Assembly: GCA_965644295.1 (NCBI GenBank)
Contig: CBFFRP010000134.1
Span: 1 to 64,000, forward strand
Source of the DNA: Paraphysomonas bandaiensis
Lineage: Eukaryota > Protista > Chrysophyceae
Length of the DNA stretch: 64,000 nt
Direction: 5' to 3'
In this document: positions 24,932 to 38,121 of the stretch, piece by piece
Layout of the letters: each line of letters starts with the position of its first letter
How positions within the stretch are numbered: position 1 is the stretch's first letter
The notes under the pieces: generated by a model
Databases searched by the model: none
What the model saw: only the letters and a program-made list of their open reading frames with translations
What the model was told of the DNA's origin: nothing
Translations under genes and position numbers: made by a program

Positions 24932-24990
24932 GTGTGAAAGTCTTATTAGTATTAGGCGTCAAGAACCGACATCAGATAAGTAGTTAGATG
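24932..24990 (-). mobile_element. Very short 3'-tail fragment of the LINE/SINE-like family
   Basis: GTGAAAGTCTTATTAGTATTAGGCGTCAAGA resembles GTGAATGTCTT..TTAGCAATAGGCGT of other copies. Confidence 0.45.
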
Positions 24991-25525
24991 AGAGATGAGG
25001 ACTACGTATTACAGTTTTCACATTGTATTTGTGTATTCTACAGTTGACATAAAACATACGTATGCAATTGGATATATAGTATATAGTGCAAGCTCATCTT
25101 GAATTACTATCATCTTTCTAGAAAAGGTTAGAACATATTTAAAGAAGTCAAAGTGTCGTGTACTGGATAGATACAACGTATCACACTGTTTTGTTCAACA
25201 AAGCAATCCCTCGCCAGTTTATGTTAATATCAAAATTCTAGTAACTAGTAACCTTTCATCAAAGGATATGGTGCTACATCGTTTCGTACATGGCATCTCA
25301 TGGAAACATAAGTAGTTGTATACCATGTGTCATTGCATCATGTATTCTAAGAGTCTATGACGTAAATATTAGTGATTAATTTACGAATTCTCACTCTTGG
25401 TGTATCGCTGTGGTACGTTAACATGGGTTACTACAGCATTCCCGAGTATTTACACAAGCACGTTTAATGAGTCATAGCTCTACAGTCAGTGATATAAACA
25501 TCCGCGATAAAATCGCAGATTGCTC

Positions 25526-26297
25526 TCACTTCGCATCTCCTCGTGATAAGTGCTGCCCCATTAATGAGAGTTCACCGGTGCCTTTACTCTCACTTTTGGC
25601 ACGTTTATAGGATATCATCATGTCCTTAAATTCGGAAAAATCCCCTAGTGAAACTAGCAGATCGAAGATTTCTCCAGATATTTCGTCTGTACAGAACACA
25701 GTAATATATCAGCCCATCGAAATAAGCAGTTGTCAACGACCTTTTCTGTCCGCGAGTTGGCTCTCAAAGGACTGCATATTAAAACCCTGAGATAATAAAC
25801 AGTCAGTATAATGAACATCACTGGTGATTAGTGTATACTTACCGGAATTCTCCGTTCCAGCATGCGTTCAAGAGTACCCTCTACCACAAAATAAATACGA
25901 CGATCGAAGATATGCGGTAGAATAATACCTATTAAACCCGTAAACTCTTGAAATATTTCATGATGAGAAAGTTTGTTTTCTTCGCTTTCATCAAATTCAT
26001 CTGCTTCATGGTGAATACGACGTCATTACATCACAGCGGAAACATACCACAGTGACGCTTGCAGAAGTCGTTCTGGATCCGAGTAAATTCATCGTCAAGC
26101 ATAATATCTTCCAAAGCCCCCACAGTGAAATCGAATTCATTTTCCTATTAGTCAATAACAATAATTTCGTATAATATCATACCGTAACGTTACCTCAGCA
26201 GTTCCACTCTCTTCACATATTAGCTCTTCAAAGCTGTCTGTAATGAGTTCAGTGATACACAGTTGAAGGATAGATATGTGATACCATCAAATGACAT
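25526..26297 (-). CDS. ARL2BP: ARL2-binding protein / BART domain protein, ~7 small exons (missed by ORF track)
   Basis: Spliced peptides FDFTVGALEDIMLDDEFTRIQNDFCKRHC, DEFDESEENKLSHHEIFQEFTGLI, GFNMQSFESQL, DEISGEIFDLLVSLGDFSEFKDMMISYK match the BART pattern. Confidence 0.85.
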
Positions 26298-27909
26298 GTC
26301 CAGCTTGCTCTCAGCCATGATGAATGGAACAGACTACAATGATGTTGATTAATGAAACTCTTCCAGTCTGTGGTGCATAATTTAAACACTCAACTACATC
26401 GCATCCATGACACTCCAGCAGTTGCGTTTTTTTAGACAATAATGACAAATAAAATTCAATTTTATGCATATTTTCTGGAAATTTATAACCATTTTCTACA
26501 GAAATATCTATAAAAATCACTGAGCTACAGCGTATTTATAGTATGAAGTGTAGATCATCTCAGCATATGGACACACTGCGTTCATGTCACAGATATGGCT
26601 GTCATGGATGTGTTGCAGATACTGCGCATGTAATTCATAATCATGCCAATGATGATGATAAACTGATTCACGGCAATGATGTTTCTGAATCTGAGGTGGA
26701 TATTAAAGCTGACAACGTGGTTGCTAATGGTTACAAAGGGGTGAATATCTTTATATCAATGTGACAATCAGAACGAATCGACCATTAGCTCAATACACGC
26801 ATCGAATAGCACAGTGTGCGTAACATAATGACTGACAAGGTCATTGTCGCAGAGTTAAAGCATATTCCGCACGAGAAAATCAAGAGTAGAGCAAAAAAAA
26901 ATAGTTTAGCTCATGGCTACGAATTTTGCTTTGACTTTACGGTTCGATGGCATGGAACTTATTTGCACCAACTACATCGATAGATCGTCGCCGACGGCAA
27001 GGATACAAAGCATCTTGATGTGTCCATTGATAGTAATGCTAGAGAACGATGTTGATACTGATACTCACTAGATCGTGTATATATAAGATCGTAAAGTATT
27101 GGTTGATAGAAGTGATAATAATGAGATAGTGAAATAATTAAGTGAGAGTGAATTATAAGTTAAGTTACTTTTAATGCTATAAGTCAAGTATATTAAAATG
27201 GTTCTGGAAGTTACTACCTAAGCACGGAGTAGTCAACTAGACTAAGAGATTTTACATGTGGTTCACAGAAAAAATCATCTGGGATTGAATCAGCTGCGAA
27301 ACAGTTACAAGGAGAATCTTGAGAAGTGGATGGAGAGGGTATATACGTCTATGAGCTCAACTTCAACTAGTAAATGGGGCCCTTGAAAGAGTGGGTCAAC
27401 ACTTTAGAGAGATGAATATACTCCCCTATGCTGGTCCTTAAAAAAAGGGTTATTAGCCACTGATTAGGTGCACGAATGACAAATTAATCGAAAGTTTAAG
27501 ATGTGAAACACCGCACCAACTGGAGAGTTGGTGTGTGCAGTCATAAACTGTTAAAACGGTATTACACAAATATAGCAGAATTAGGGGCTTCTTAATTAAG
27601 GTCTTTTTAACGTAATGCCGTTTCATAAAAACTACCAACAGCCCTATATAGTTTTTGTATACAACTATTCAGTGCGCACTATAAGTGTCCAACCGGAGTG
27701 TATATAACGCTACAACACTACATCGGCTTTGACTATAAATCTACATATTCCGCAAACATGCAAGATAACATACTTTTTGTAACATATACACATTAGTTTA
27801 ACCATGTACTGAGCACATCATCTAATTCACATGGCTTAATTGAATTAATATATGATTATGATTATGTCACACACGTCAACACTACTACAATACCACTGAC
27901 CAACATTTA

Positions 27910-28344
27910 CTAACCAGTTTCCGCAGGATCAAGGGAGGTTGTGACATTCACATGATCTCCATTCTGCAACACTAACGAAAGAATTATAAATATAACTATA
28001 AAATATCTCCTCACCATCTCTTATGGCAGCGCCCATATCAAGAACCATTCCTGACTCATTTTTCATTTCTGATACATATTTAGTAAGTTTTGCTCAAATG
28101 GATAAAATTATATTTGAACCTACCTAGTGGAATACCTAACCTCTTCCAACCCTGAGATGAATCCTCATCCCATTGCGCTATACCAACATGTCCTAACCAC
28201 TTTACTCTCTGTGAAGCTACATATGATGCGTATTTCAGAAAAATGGAAATATCATAATAAAACAGAACCTTCTCCACACTGTACTGGGACGATTTTACCA
28301 TAAACATGAACAAATATCTGCCAATTCTCATCTGGTTTAGCCAT
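27910..28344 (-). CDS. Small Par3/HAL N-terminal-like (ubiquitin-fold) protein, 4 exons
   Basis: MAKPDENWQIFVHVYGKIVPVQCGE / SQRVKWLGHVGIAQWDEDSSQGWKRLGIPL / MKNESGMVLDMGAAIRD / VLQNGDHVNVTTSLDPAETG*; VxCG..Q.V.WL and I.DVL.xGD.V pattern. Confidence 0.65.
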
Positions 28345-29677
28345 ATTAGTGTTTTGACAAATAATCTATCGTACTGTGAATGAACTCTACTCGTGCTTAA
28401 CACAGTTGGCTGAACTACAGAATTCACAACACCACAGCCAATGTCTACAGATCTCCTGCCCTGTCGTCTTCACAACATGCATGCAGTCTGTAAGTTAAGT
28501 TAATTACTGCTGCTCGTACTCATTTACGGCAATGGCAGTTACTACAAAACCCATTAGTTTAGGAAAACCTGCCATTTTTTGTTATTATTTGGTTACTTTT
28601 CTGAAAATCGCTATTTTTCTGTTCATTCTGTGTGCGGATTTTTCGCTCCAATGAATTCTTTGTCCTCATAGTCACTGCAACATGGCCAATCAGGTCTTAT
28701 CAGTTATAACGTCAGCATCTTTAGTACATCGGCACCAGTCCGATAGAGAGATCTCAGACTTTGTGTTTTACTTGCTGGTCCATCACTTATCTATGAGCAG
28801 CCTCACCGCAGACATCTATCACCAACGATGAACTATACTGCTATATTAAAGGCATTATTAAGTAGCTGTCACGGAATGACCTGTTATATGTCAATATATT
28901 AATTCAATGATCTCAAATTGACTTTTTACTAGGGAGATAGTTGCTCGTAATAGAAGATATATCAACCACTTTTAATATATTGGATGACATCACACTTTTC
29001 ATGCATCTGACATTTTATAATTTTTATAATGCACTAGCCCTATGTCCGTTTTGAGTTCAATAAAAAAATCTGCACACTTTGATATCACTGTACACTGATT
29101 TTTATCACTTCATCTCTGGCGAATCATATTTACTCCAAAGTGTAAGGTTTTAGATCTCAGTCATATTTCATAATGTAATACCGTTTGAGTTGACATTACT
29201 GTTATTTCAACTTCTTGGTTACGACATGCACCTATACCACTTATACCGTATACATACTAGTCGTCAACATTACTTTGATCTGGATCTCTCTTTTATTTGA
29301 GAAGCACACTTCAGGGAAGTATCATTCGATGATCTAATCTAGATGGCGAAATAAGCTAGTTGAAGAAAACAGTCGTAAGTATGTAACTACTAAATAGGTA
29401 AACTCGAAAACAACTCAGAAGTAACTACTTAAAGTACATACATGATATTTTTACAGCATTACATAATCGTTGACAACATCATCGGGCAGTGTACTCCCTA
29501 CCAGCCCGTTTGACAGGTACTCAACCACATGAACAATGAATCAAAACAGTCCAGGACACTGAAATATGGTAACGTAATAAATCTACATACGATAAACACA
29601 ATCAGCGAAACTGATATAATAATATACACCTTCACACTAATTCAAACATCACTGTCTTAATCACTGTGCCCTCATTA

Positions 29678-30838
29678 TCAAGACACACCAGGCCCATCTT
29701 CCAGCAAGAGACCGATAATATGAGGTCGTAGACGCTTCAATGCATAGTCGACCGCAGTTTTGACACTGTCACTTTGCACCAGTTTCTCTTTCTCTTTAAT
29801 GTCAATATCAACATCTTTCACAGCAGAATCGTAATCTACTTCCAATGTCTTCAAACTTTCCGTATTTACTAAAATTTTCTTCCGCATATCTGAGATACTA
29901 TATTCCAATTTATCAATCTTTCTCTTGGTATCATCAATGCAAGTATTGGTCGTTGACAGCACCTTGTTCATTCCCTCGGCCTCAACAACACCGTTATTTT
30001 TGGCTGAAATATTAGATCTCACATCTAAGAGGTTATTATATTCAGATGTGTATTTATTCAGCTCCTCTGAATTCGACCGAATTTCACTTTCCATGTCGTG
30101 AATTTCTTGTCGACAACGCTCCATTTGCTTTTCCAAATCCAGACAAAGTCCACGACCAATGTATATTTTGTCATTCACCGCGCTTAGAGATTGCTTAACA
30201 TCATGCAGACAAGGGAGATCGTAGTCAGCCTCTTTTACGATGCGGCGTATGTTTGCTATAAAGCTCTGAGTATTGCCGTTGAGGGACTCTAGCACACCTT
30301 CTTCAGCCACGCCATCATAGCCATCACAGCCACCACTAGCACTGTCTGTCCCGTCAGATATTATCGACTCATCCATAGACGAAGATCTTGGCCGTCTTCG
30401 AAGATTAGTAAACGGTTTTCGGATATCCTCATCTTTGTATACCTGACTCTCCTCACGACTCTTACGTTTTGCTACACGCTTCGAAGGTTGTGGCCGCTTT
30501 ACTGCGGTTTCAACAGGATACGTGTTACTCTGCGGTCTGATACCCTCCGCAACACTGAATGTACCACGTGGTGCCAAGTATAGGTTATCCAGGAACTCCT
30601 TCTCAGCCGATATATCATAAGACTTTTTCCATTTTGGAAAATGCAACTTCATCCTGCTGGAATCTTTCACAATATAATCCACATAGTAGTGTCTGAAGTC
30701 AGTACATAGAACCTCTAAGCTGACGGGTGAACCCATACTATCAATTTCTTCTCGTGATAAATATTTGCGACCATGAATCACTGTATTATCGATGGTTTGA
30801 GAACGCAGTAAGACACCCATTCTATTCCTTGCTTTCAT
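29678..30838 (-). CDS. Intronless protein with Tudor/MBT-like N-terminal module and C-terminal coiled coil
   Basis: 386-aa ORF; LEVLCTD..YYV.YI.....MKLHFPKWKKSYD resembles the xHFxGWxxxYD motif; heptad-rich C-terminal half. Confidence 0.55.
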   Translation of the reverse strand: MKARNRMGVLLRSQTIDNTVIHGRKYLSREEIDSMGSPVSLEVLCTDFRHYYVDYIVKDSSRMKLHFPKWKKSYDISAEKEFLDNLYLAPRGTFSVAEGIRPQSNTYPVETAVKRPQPSKRVAKRKSREESQVYKDEDIRKPFTNLRRRPRSSSMDESIISDGTDSASGGCDGYDGVAEEGVLESLNGNTQSFIANIRRIVKEADYDLPCLHDVKQSLSAVNDKIYIGRGLCLDLEKQMERCRQEIHDMESEIRSNSEELNKYTSEYNNLLDVRSNISAKNNGVVEAEGMNKVLSTTNTCIDDTKRKIDKLEYSISDMRKKILVNTESLKTLEVDYDSAVKDVDIDIKEKEKLVQSDSVKTAVDYALKRLRPHIIGLLLEDGPGVS

Positions 30839-31316
30839 TATATATTAAGGTCGAGTAATATGACTATGATTCCAATATCTTAATTATTTTATATCAAGTC
30901 CCTTCAATTCATATGTATATGTATGTATAGTGTATACGCAGCGCACTGGTGTCCTTCATACTATTCGACAACACTTCACATCATCTCCAAACTACTTCAG
31001 CTCTTCATACTCGTATTGCTTGTTCTGGTATTCTTGGTGTACTTGTCCAGAGTGTGTGAGTAGACTTGTGTATGTTGTAAAAGCCAGATTTCAATACAGG
31101 AGAATCTAAAAAGCTTTTGTTTTTTCTAATATCCGATTAATTCCCCTCACCATCTCAAGTACAGTAGATGTACAGAGAGTATATACCCTACTGCCTGCTG
31201 GTGTACGTAGATGTATGTATGTATGCTGTATGTATATGGAGGTGTGAACAAGTGCATCTTTTGCGGCCACAATTCTCCCCCTCCATATATACATATCCCT
31301 CTCATAGTGCTATGGA

Positions 31317-33653
31317 ATGAGGATATTATCAACCTTATCTCAATACCGGAATATATCAAGACAAACTTTTTGTACAATGTCCAGAGAAATGTCCAAATCA
31401 GATGAGCTGGCTGTAGGGATAGCCGCCAACACTAACAGCTGTCCTGGGTTCTCAGGTATATTAAAGCAGGTACATTAAATACAAGTGATATATATGTTAT
31501 TATATTGATTTTTTGTTAGCGTTATTCAGATTTTATTGTACGAGAAATAAACATGAGTGGAGATATCGCAAGAGTTCATTCATTGGATGGTTCTGAGCTT
31601 GAGGCGAAATGTTTTGGGACCCCATCAGAGAGTATCAGTGCTTACAGTAATTCAGATGAAGCGATTACTAATTTTATTAAAGAAGTACGAGATGCGGTTG
31701 ATGTCGACTCTGATATGGAGAAGTCAATGGTACTGTTTTTAGAGGCTGCAATTTCGAAAGATGAAGATTGCCCTCAAGAACTTGTTACAATGTGTTGCAC
31801 ATCTAAGGATAAACGAACTACTGTTCATCAACTTATCAAATCTCATTTTGCGGTATTATTATTCATTGCCGCGTTTTTGTACTTATACTTTTTTGTAGAG
31901 CACCGTGGACTCCGACACTGTGCAAGTTGATGGCGAATCACATATTCGGTTGCTCGCAAAGCATAAGAAGCAAAAAGGAGCGAAACGATGGCGTCAACAG
32001 TGGCCCAAGTCTGTTGGTGACTTCTTACAGTTCAAAATAATCAAGGAAAATGTGGACACGATGACGGCTCTTGCTAATGTGTCCAAGCATCTGCGCACGA
32101 AGTCAGACTGTATTCGTTTCGCCGGTACAAAAGACAAACGTGCAGTGACAGTCCAATGGGCCACTGCATTCCGAATGCGACCCTCAAATATCAGTCGCCT
32201 CAATGCCTTCAAATTTGGCCCCACCGTGAGGTTTGGTGACTTTACATACGGTTCGTCGATTGCAACTTACCTTCTCTAGCTGACATGTGAATGCAGTATC
32301 CGAAGCCATAAAGCTCGGAAACCTCCGTGGCAACAGATTTGAGATTGTTCTGCGTGACGTGAAAGAGCCTGCTAGCAGAGTAGAAGCTGCCTGTTTAGCT
32401 CTGAAGAACTCAGGTTTTATAAATTATTTTGGACTTCAAAGGTTTGGTAAGGGCGGGACTGGGTCCCATTTGATAGGTATGCCGTTTATCTTCAAAAGTT
32501 ACGCTTTTAACCTTTAGTGATTGATTTTATCAGGGCGGGAGGTAATAAAAGGTAACTGGAAGGAGGTTGTAGATATGATGTTTGCCTCTCGCGAAGGGGA
32601 AAGAGACGATGTTACTAGGGCAAAAGAAGCTTTCCGTGACGGACGCTACGAGGACGCGTTGCAGAACCTACCGCGGTCTATGCACACCGAGAAGAAAGTC
32701 ATTGAGGGACTCATACGATCTCCCCGAGATTTCTTGGGAGCATACGGAAGGTATTACTTGTGTTGCATTTTAGTGTAGTTCTCGTAATGTGTGTATAGAA
32801 TTCCTGGCAACTCCCGGCTTATTTGCCTCCACGCCTTTCAGAGCTATGTATGGAACGTGGCAGCTACTCATAGGTGTGTACTTCGTTTTAGATCTTGTGA
32901 TATACTTAACAGGTTGATAGGATACAAACATACGGTTTGCAGTGTGTGGAAGGTGATATTGTGGTATCGTCGGATGACGTGCTGGCGGAGGCTGTAGATT
33001 ACATTGACGATGACACTGTGCTAGAAACCACATCAGAGGAAATCACTGGTGCCACTCCAAATTCTGGTCATCATATTGTAACTGCAGAAGATATTTTAAA
33101 GAAGACATACAGTATCAGCGACGTAGTACTTCCCTTGTTGGGCCCAGATGTGCTTTTCCCCCAACACTCTACCGGAGAATGTATGCGACAGCTTCTCGAG
33201 GAGAACGGAGTAACATCAGAGATGCTGGCCAAGACTAAGTTACGTGGCACTTATAGGCGAGTCCTACAACGTCCTGCAGACTTTACCTGGAGATGTCAAC
33301 AGTACAGCGATCCCAATGAGGAAATACAACGTACTGAACTGACAACCCTTTGTGGTGACAACGCTGCATCGAATAGCGGGAGTGGTAGTAACGTTGCTGC
33401 ATCATCTGAAGGAGGAGATGGTGGAGGATTCCTTGCTGCTATTTTGGAGTTCAGTCTCCCTCCGGGAACCTATGCAACTATGCTGCTACGTGAAATAATG
33501 AAAACAAGTACTGGCACTGCGTATCATGCTGACCTTACGGCAGCTACTTATGCGGCTGTGGCTAATGACGGTGTAGAGAGTAGTACAGATGTAGATGATG
33601 AACAGGTGCACAAGCGGCAGAAGCTTGATGCAAATGCCACTGCTGATACTTAG
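31317..33653 (+). CDS. PUS7: TruD-family pseudouridine synthase (PUS7), multi-exon
   Basis: GILKQRYSDFIVRE, FAGTKDKRAVTVQ, GNRFEIVLR, GFINYFGLQRFG, HAFQSYVWN, FSLPPGTYATMLLRE. Confidence 0.95.
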
Positions 33654-34124
33654 AGCTGAAGAGCTGTTTATGTGTTTTCTTGGTAACTATAATATGTTCA
33701 CATACACTAACTATTTGTATGTGTCAACCATGGCCTCACGTACCTCCTGGTGCAAGTTTTTTTATTAATCACCACTATGGTTGCATATTCATCAAGTAAA
33801 ATCTCATACACTGGGGCCTGGGGTAAATTTTAGTGTAACCGTATTCGTCAAAGGCTATTAGCATAATACACACACCTTCAAGATATGAGTTTCAGGTCTC
33901 TAAATGTGGCATTTGTTTCAATTGAAATTGAGTTCCTCGCGTCTATTAGTTACTGCTTGACACTCATTACTTATGGTTAATTCCTTAATTGAGAGGGAAA
34001 TCTCTAAGGACATCTTGTGATGCAGGGCCGTCGTTGTTATGTGATGCAGGGCCTGGTAATCGTAAGTGGTTAATAGTAATGGCCACTAAAATTTCCGGGA
34101 ACTGGACTTCCCCGCCATTAATGG

Positions 34125-36365
34125 CAGTAGTGAATGTCTGATTATTTAGCAATAGGCGTTGAGACCTTGCATCAATTAGTGGCTAGAAGAATGCTAGTCA
34201 TACTAGTTAGACCACTACCCGTAACTAATCAATACAAACTCTTTTATCCTACTATTTAACGCTACGAAAGCTGCTTGTGCGTCGCCGCAAGCACCAAGGT
34301 GCAACCACTTCCGTTCTTTTTGTGTGATATGAAATTCGCCTTTATGGTGCGTCCGTGGACTCACCGGCGCTATTGATCTGGGGGTCTCCCTTTGGGATGG
34401 GTCTCCATTGGTTTTGGAGGGGGCTCAGCGTTCTGAATTAGGGTCTTGAGTGCACCTAGTTCCAGATGTGTGGGTTGAGGGTGGTGGGGATTGTTGGGAG
34501 GAGGGGTAGGGTTTGTAGTCTGTGTTACTGTGCTCCTGTGGGGCCGCGGGTGTAGATAGAGTTGTCGAAGCCGTCGGCGTTGTGGAGGTCTGGGCAGTCC
34601 AGTGCTCTGTCGGGTAGGACCTGTGAGGTGTGCACGTGTGTCTGGAGTCGGATACGCTGTGGGGGGTCGTCGTTGGACCCCTAGTAAGCGAAGGACTCTC
34701 GGACGTTGTCTTGACTGACTGCGTTTCGGACGGGGTCTCGGGAGTAGCCTGGGCGGCCTTTTGGACATGGTGATATAGCGACAACCGCGATCCTGTAACA
34801 TAAGCTTCGCTGCAGTGTAAAGCGGTTGCAGGAGATTAATAACCGCTGTTTCTAGGTTCCGTAGACTGTGTGCCGTCAGGTGGTTGTGTATGGCATCTCC
34901 GAAGACCGTTTCCAGTTGGGCTGCTGTGATGGTTCCAGTCCAGTATCTCTCGACCTGTGGGATGGAGGGATTCCAGGCTCTGCTGGAGAGTCTCCGTAGT
35001 GCAGATGTGATCCAGTTGGGTAAGGTCTGAGTTCTCTGTATTTCGTGGAGCACATTTTTATGCGATTGAAATGCAGTTTCCCTTATTTGGGTGATGGATT
35101 CATGTGTGCAGTCGAGGCACATATGTTTTAGGGAATCTAGTCGAAACCCGCAGTCAGAGCATGCGGCTTTGGTCAGGTCAAGCCCCTGTTTGGTTTTGGC
35201 CCGGTTCCTCCCTATGCAGAAAGATTTGTCCCATGTCAGTGCCGTGTTGAGTATTCTTTGGCGTAGATTTGAGCTGAGTTTGTCTTTGGATGCACTGCCA
35301 TCCGCTTGAGCTAGTTTGCGCGGGAGGTGTACTCCGCTATTGGACCAGTAGCCAGGCGCTCGATCAGGATTGTGTCCGTAGCGTTGATCTCTGGTTGAAG
35401 TGTAGTTCTCAAGTGTCCTTAGGTCGCAGAGATCCTGGAAATTAGTAAGGAGTGGGCTAGAGTAGTATGGCCGTCTTGTACTGTGCATACGCCAGTGCCA
35501 TAATCCAGCAGTTAGTAAGCGTTCGATGGCACTGTGTCAATCGCAATTGTACAGACAGTGTAGTTATTTTTTCCAAGGATGCGATCGACTTCATGCCAGT
35601 CTTCACCCGCAACTGCGTCAGCAATATAGATGCCCTTGTCCTCAAACGTCCACTCCGTTTCATCTGTGGTACGTCGTTCGGGATGAGACCTCACCCAGGT
35701 CACCTGTCGTTTGCAATCTCTGCTGGCCGCGATGCTTTCGAGTAGTACCCCTTTTGTACGGTGACCGAGAGCTCTGCGTCTTGTGGCGAGTGCTTCCTCA
35801 GTGCGGGTGCACACTGCCTGACAGTCTGTGTGGCTTCTTATGTGTTCGGGAATACATGTTGAGAGTATAAGCCCCATGGCTGTGCCTATGAGTTCATATG
35901 CGTATGAGTCCAAACCGGGCACGTCACGAAAGGGTGTATCTAGTCGTAGTATTGTGGTTGTACCATCTTCCCAGGCATTTTCTGGGGGTAAGTAGACGAC
36001 CGCTGCACCTCCTCGGTGTGTCCATCGTGTTCGCGGATTGACATGAGTGAGGCGACGCGTGGAGAGCGCACTGGCTGTGTATGATCCATCTGTGAAGATA
36101 GCCTTGAAAGTATCTGGTTGGACACTATTAAGGCCGAGTTCTTGTTTTAGGTTGGTCAGCATGTGTTCATCCTGTGGTTCGGGGGGCTCAGGTTCCTGAA
36201 GGGTAAGGCCCAATTCCGTTCCCCATTCCCTGAGGCTGAGAACATAGTGGTGGTATTGGGGCTGTGGCTCTGTTGTCTGAGTGAGTAGAAAATGTGCTGC
36301 TTGACCTGCTTCTCCCCCGAGGGTTATTGCGCGCTGTAGAGATCCCCATATTAATGGCATGTACT
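34125..36365 (-). mobile_element. 5'-truncated, frameshifted non-LTR retrotransposon (RNase H, CCHC finger, structured 3' tail)
   Basis: RNase H residues IFTDGS, AYELIG, HTDCQAV, WVRSH, ADAVA; CSDCGFRLDSLKHMCLDC; frameshifts near 35490-35520; GC-richer than flanks; no RT in window. Confidence 0.8.
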
Positions 36366-37244
36366 GGTACTTAATGCTTAAAGCTATATACTATATATAG
36401 ATATTACATAGTAGATAGTATATAGAACTAAGTGTTTTTAAGATACAGTATAGTGTCACCTCTATACTCCGAAGAAACTCTAAATAAAGTTAAACAATGT
36501 TCATACAACTCTACAGCTACTTTGTGGCAACTTTGTTCATTATCAGCGGCAAACTTACTGCTATAAGAGCTAGAAAATAGTTTCCTGAGCAACAACATGT
36601 ACCAAGTATGTGATGTGTGTGTGGCAAATATAGTAGTAATATTACTTTACAGAAGTGATAGGAAATAATGTATAGTATGTAGTTATATGATGGGGGTTGA
36701 TATATATATCTATGTATAGATTCCGAATTTTTAAGAACACTTTGTATTATAATACATCTGTGGCTAGTTGCAAGAATAATACTCTTGAATCTGAATTGAC
36801 ATAACCATGGGATGAAAGCGATGCTGAACAGCAAAGTAAGAGCTACTCTGATTCGGACAATAACATAAATGAAACGTATTGCATACTTTATGCCTGTAAT
36901 ATAAATTTGAATTTTTTATCGCAAGAGCGAAACCTTTTCACTATACTTGTTGTGTATATGACTTTCACGATTGCAATTCAGTTATTTTATATATATCAAT
37001 TGACTACTTATCTTTTCATAGTTTCTAGTAGGGAGGTGTAGCTGCTGTTTCTCCTTGTTCCTCCTTACATGACTTCCACACCAAGAGCAATGACCTCTGA
37101 GAGGACTGTGTGGAGAAAGAACCGTTTAAGGATGTTGTGGTCGACATTGAGTATGAGTCATCAGACTGGCGCTATTATTATTAAATTCAAAGTTATTGGA
37201 GATAGATCCATAATGTACTGAGTAGATAGCTAAAAAACACAAAC

Positions 37245-37612
37245 TCTCAACAAAGTCTGACTCGCACCTTTCCGTGGTGTTTTGGGGGATAAATACCGGA
37301 GATATTTCTCCGGCAAACTAACGTGAGCCGCATATTATATTATAGTCAGCAGATAATTTGCCGCCCACTCATAGCCAAATGCTTGTGTGGTATAAGGGAC
37401 AATACTAAGTGTCACTAGTTTAGACGTCTTTGGGCCTTGCCGAATGAACAGGCAACCGAAGTATTGGGCTGCCTGCTGAAGTCAAGCATACGGGTATTAA
37501 CCTTATGGACTCAAAAATCCTGAAGTCAGCAGATGTCAGGTATATCAATACTCTGTTGCTCATTGCGTTTGTTTTGAGTGATTGAGTGAAAGTGGCTACA
37601 CCTTGGTGCCTG
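37245..37612 (+). mobile_element. SINE-like dispersed repeat body
   Basis: CTCAACAAAGTCTGACTCGCACC...CCCACTCATAGCCAAATGCTT...CAGCAGATGTCAGGTATATCAA...CACCTTGGTGC, reverse-complement homologue of 6220-6630. Confidence 0.7.
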
Positions 37613-38121
37613 TGGAAGAGCGTGGTAAATAATTCATATATCCAGGTAAGGATTTATATGAAAGAATAGTGATAGGAGAAAATTCTTATCGGGGAGAGGT
37701 TAACCCGCAGCTTTAGAGCACAAAAAACCAGAGGAGGCAATTTAGATAGTGCTCGCGAAACTAAATCAATGAAACAAATAAATTTGTAGCGGTATCATAG
37801 TTGCTTATCATAATGCTTCTACTATGATGCGATATAATTTTTACATGTATTGAAAATGAATAATCAATACTATATTAGTACACCGAATTTGTCGGCTGTG
37901 ATACTGTACATGAATATTATTCAAGTATTACATTCTTACGCATCGTTTATAATATCTTTTAATTAAGAACTTCACAGCATATGCTACAAATATCTGTTGA
38001 TATAATAGGAAAAACTCAAGGCATAAAGGAAGCTAACTCGTTTTATTTCTATCATAAAGCAGTCGGAAATATAGACTACAGCAAATATAGAAGAAAATTA
38101 TGATATACCTTATACAAAAGC

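Noticed and set aside
26543-27060. Acidic ORF fragment, possible TE relic
   Set aside because: No diagnostic motif or termini found
28400-28575. Selenoprotein (C-M-L-TGA read as CxxU)
   Set aside because: Readthrough sequence resembles no thioredoxin-like fold, overlaps the next gene out of frame, and no SECIS was identified
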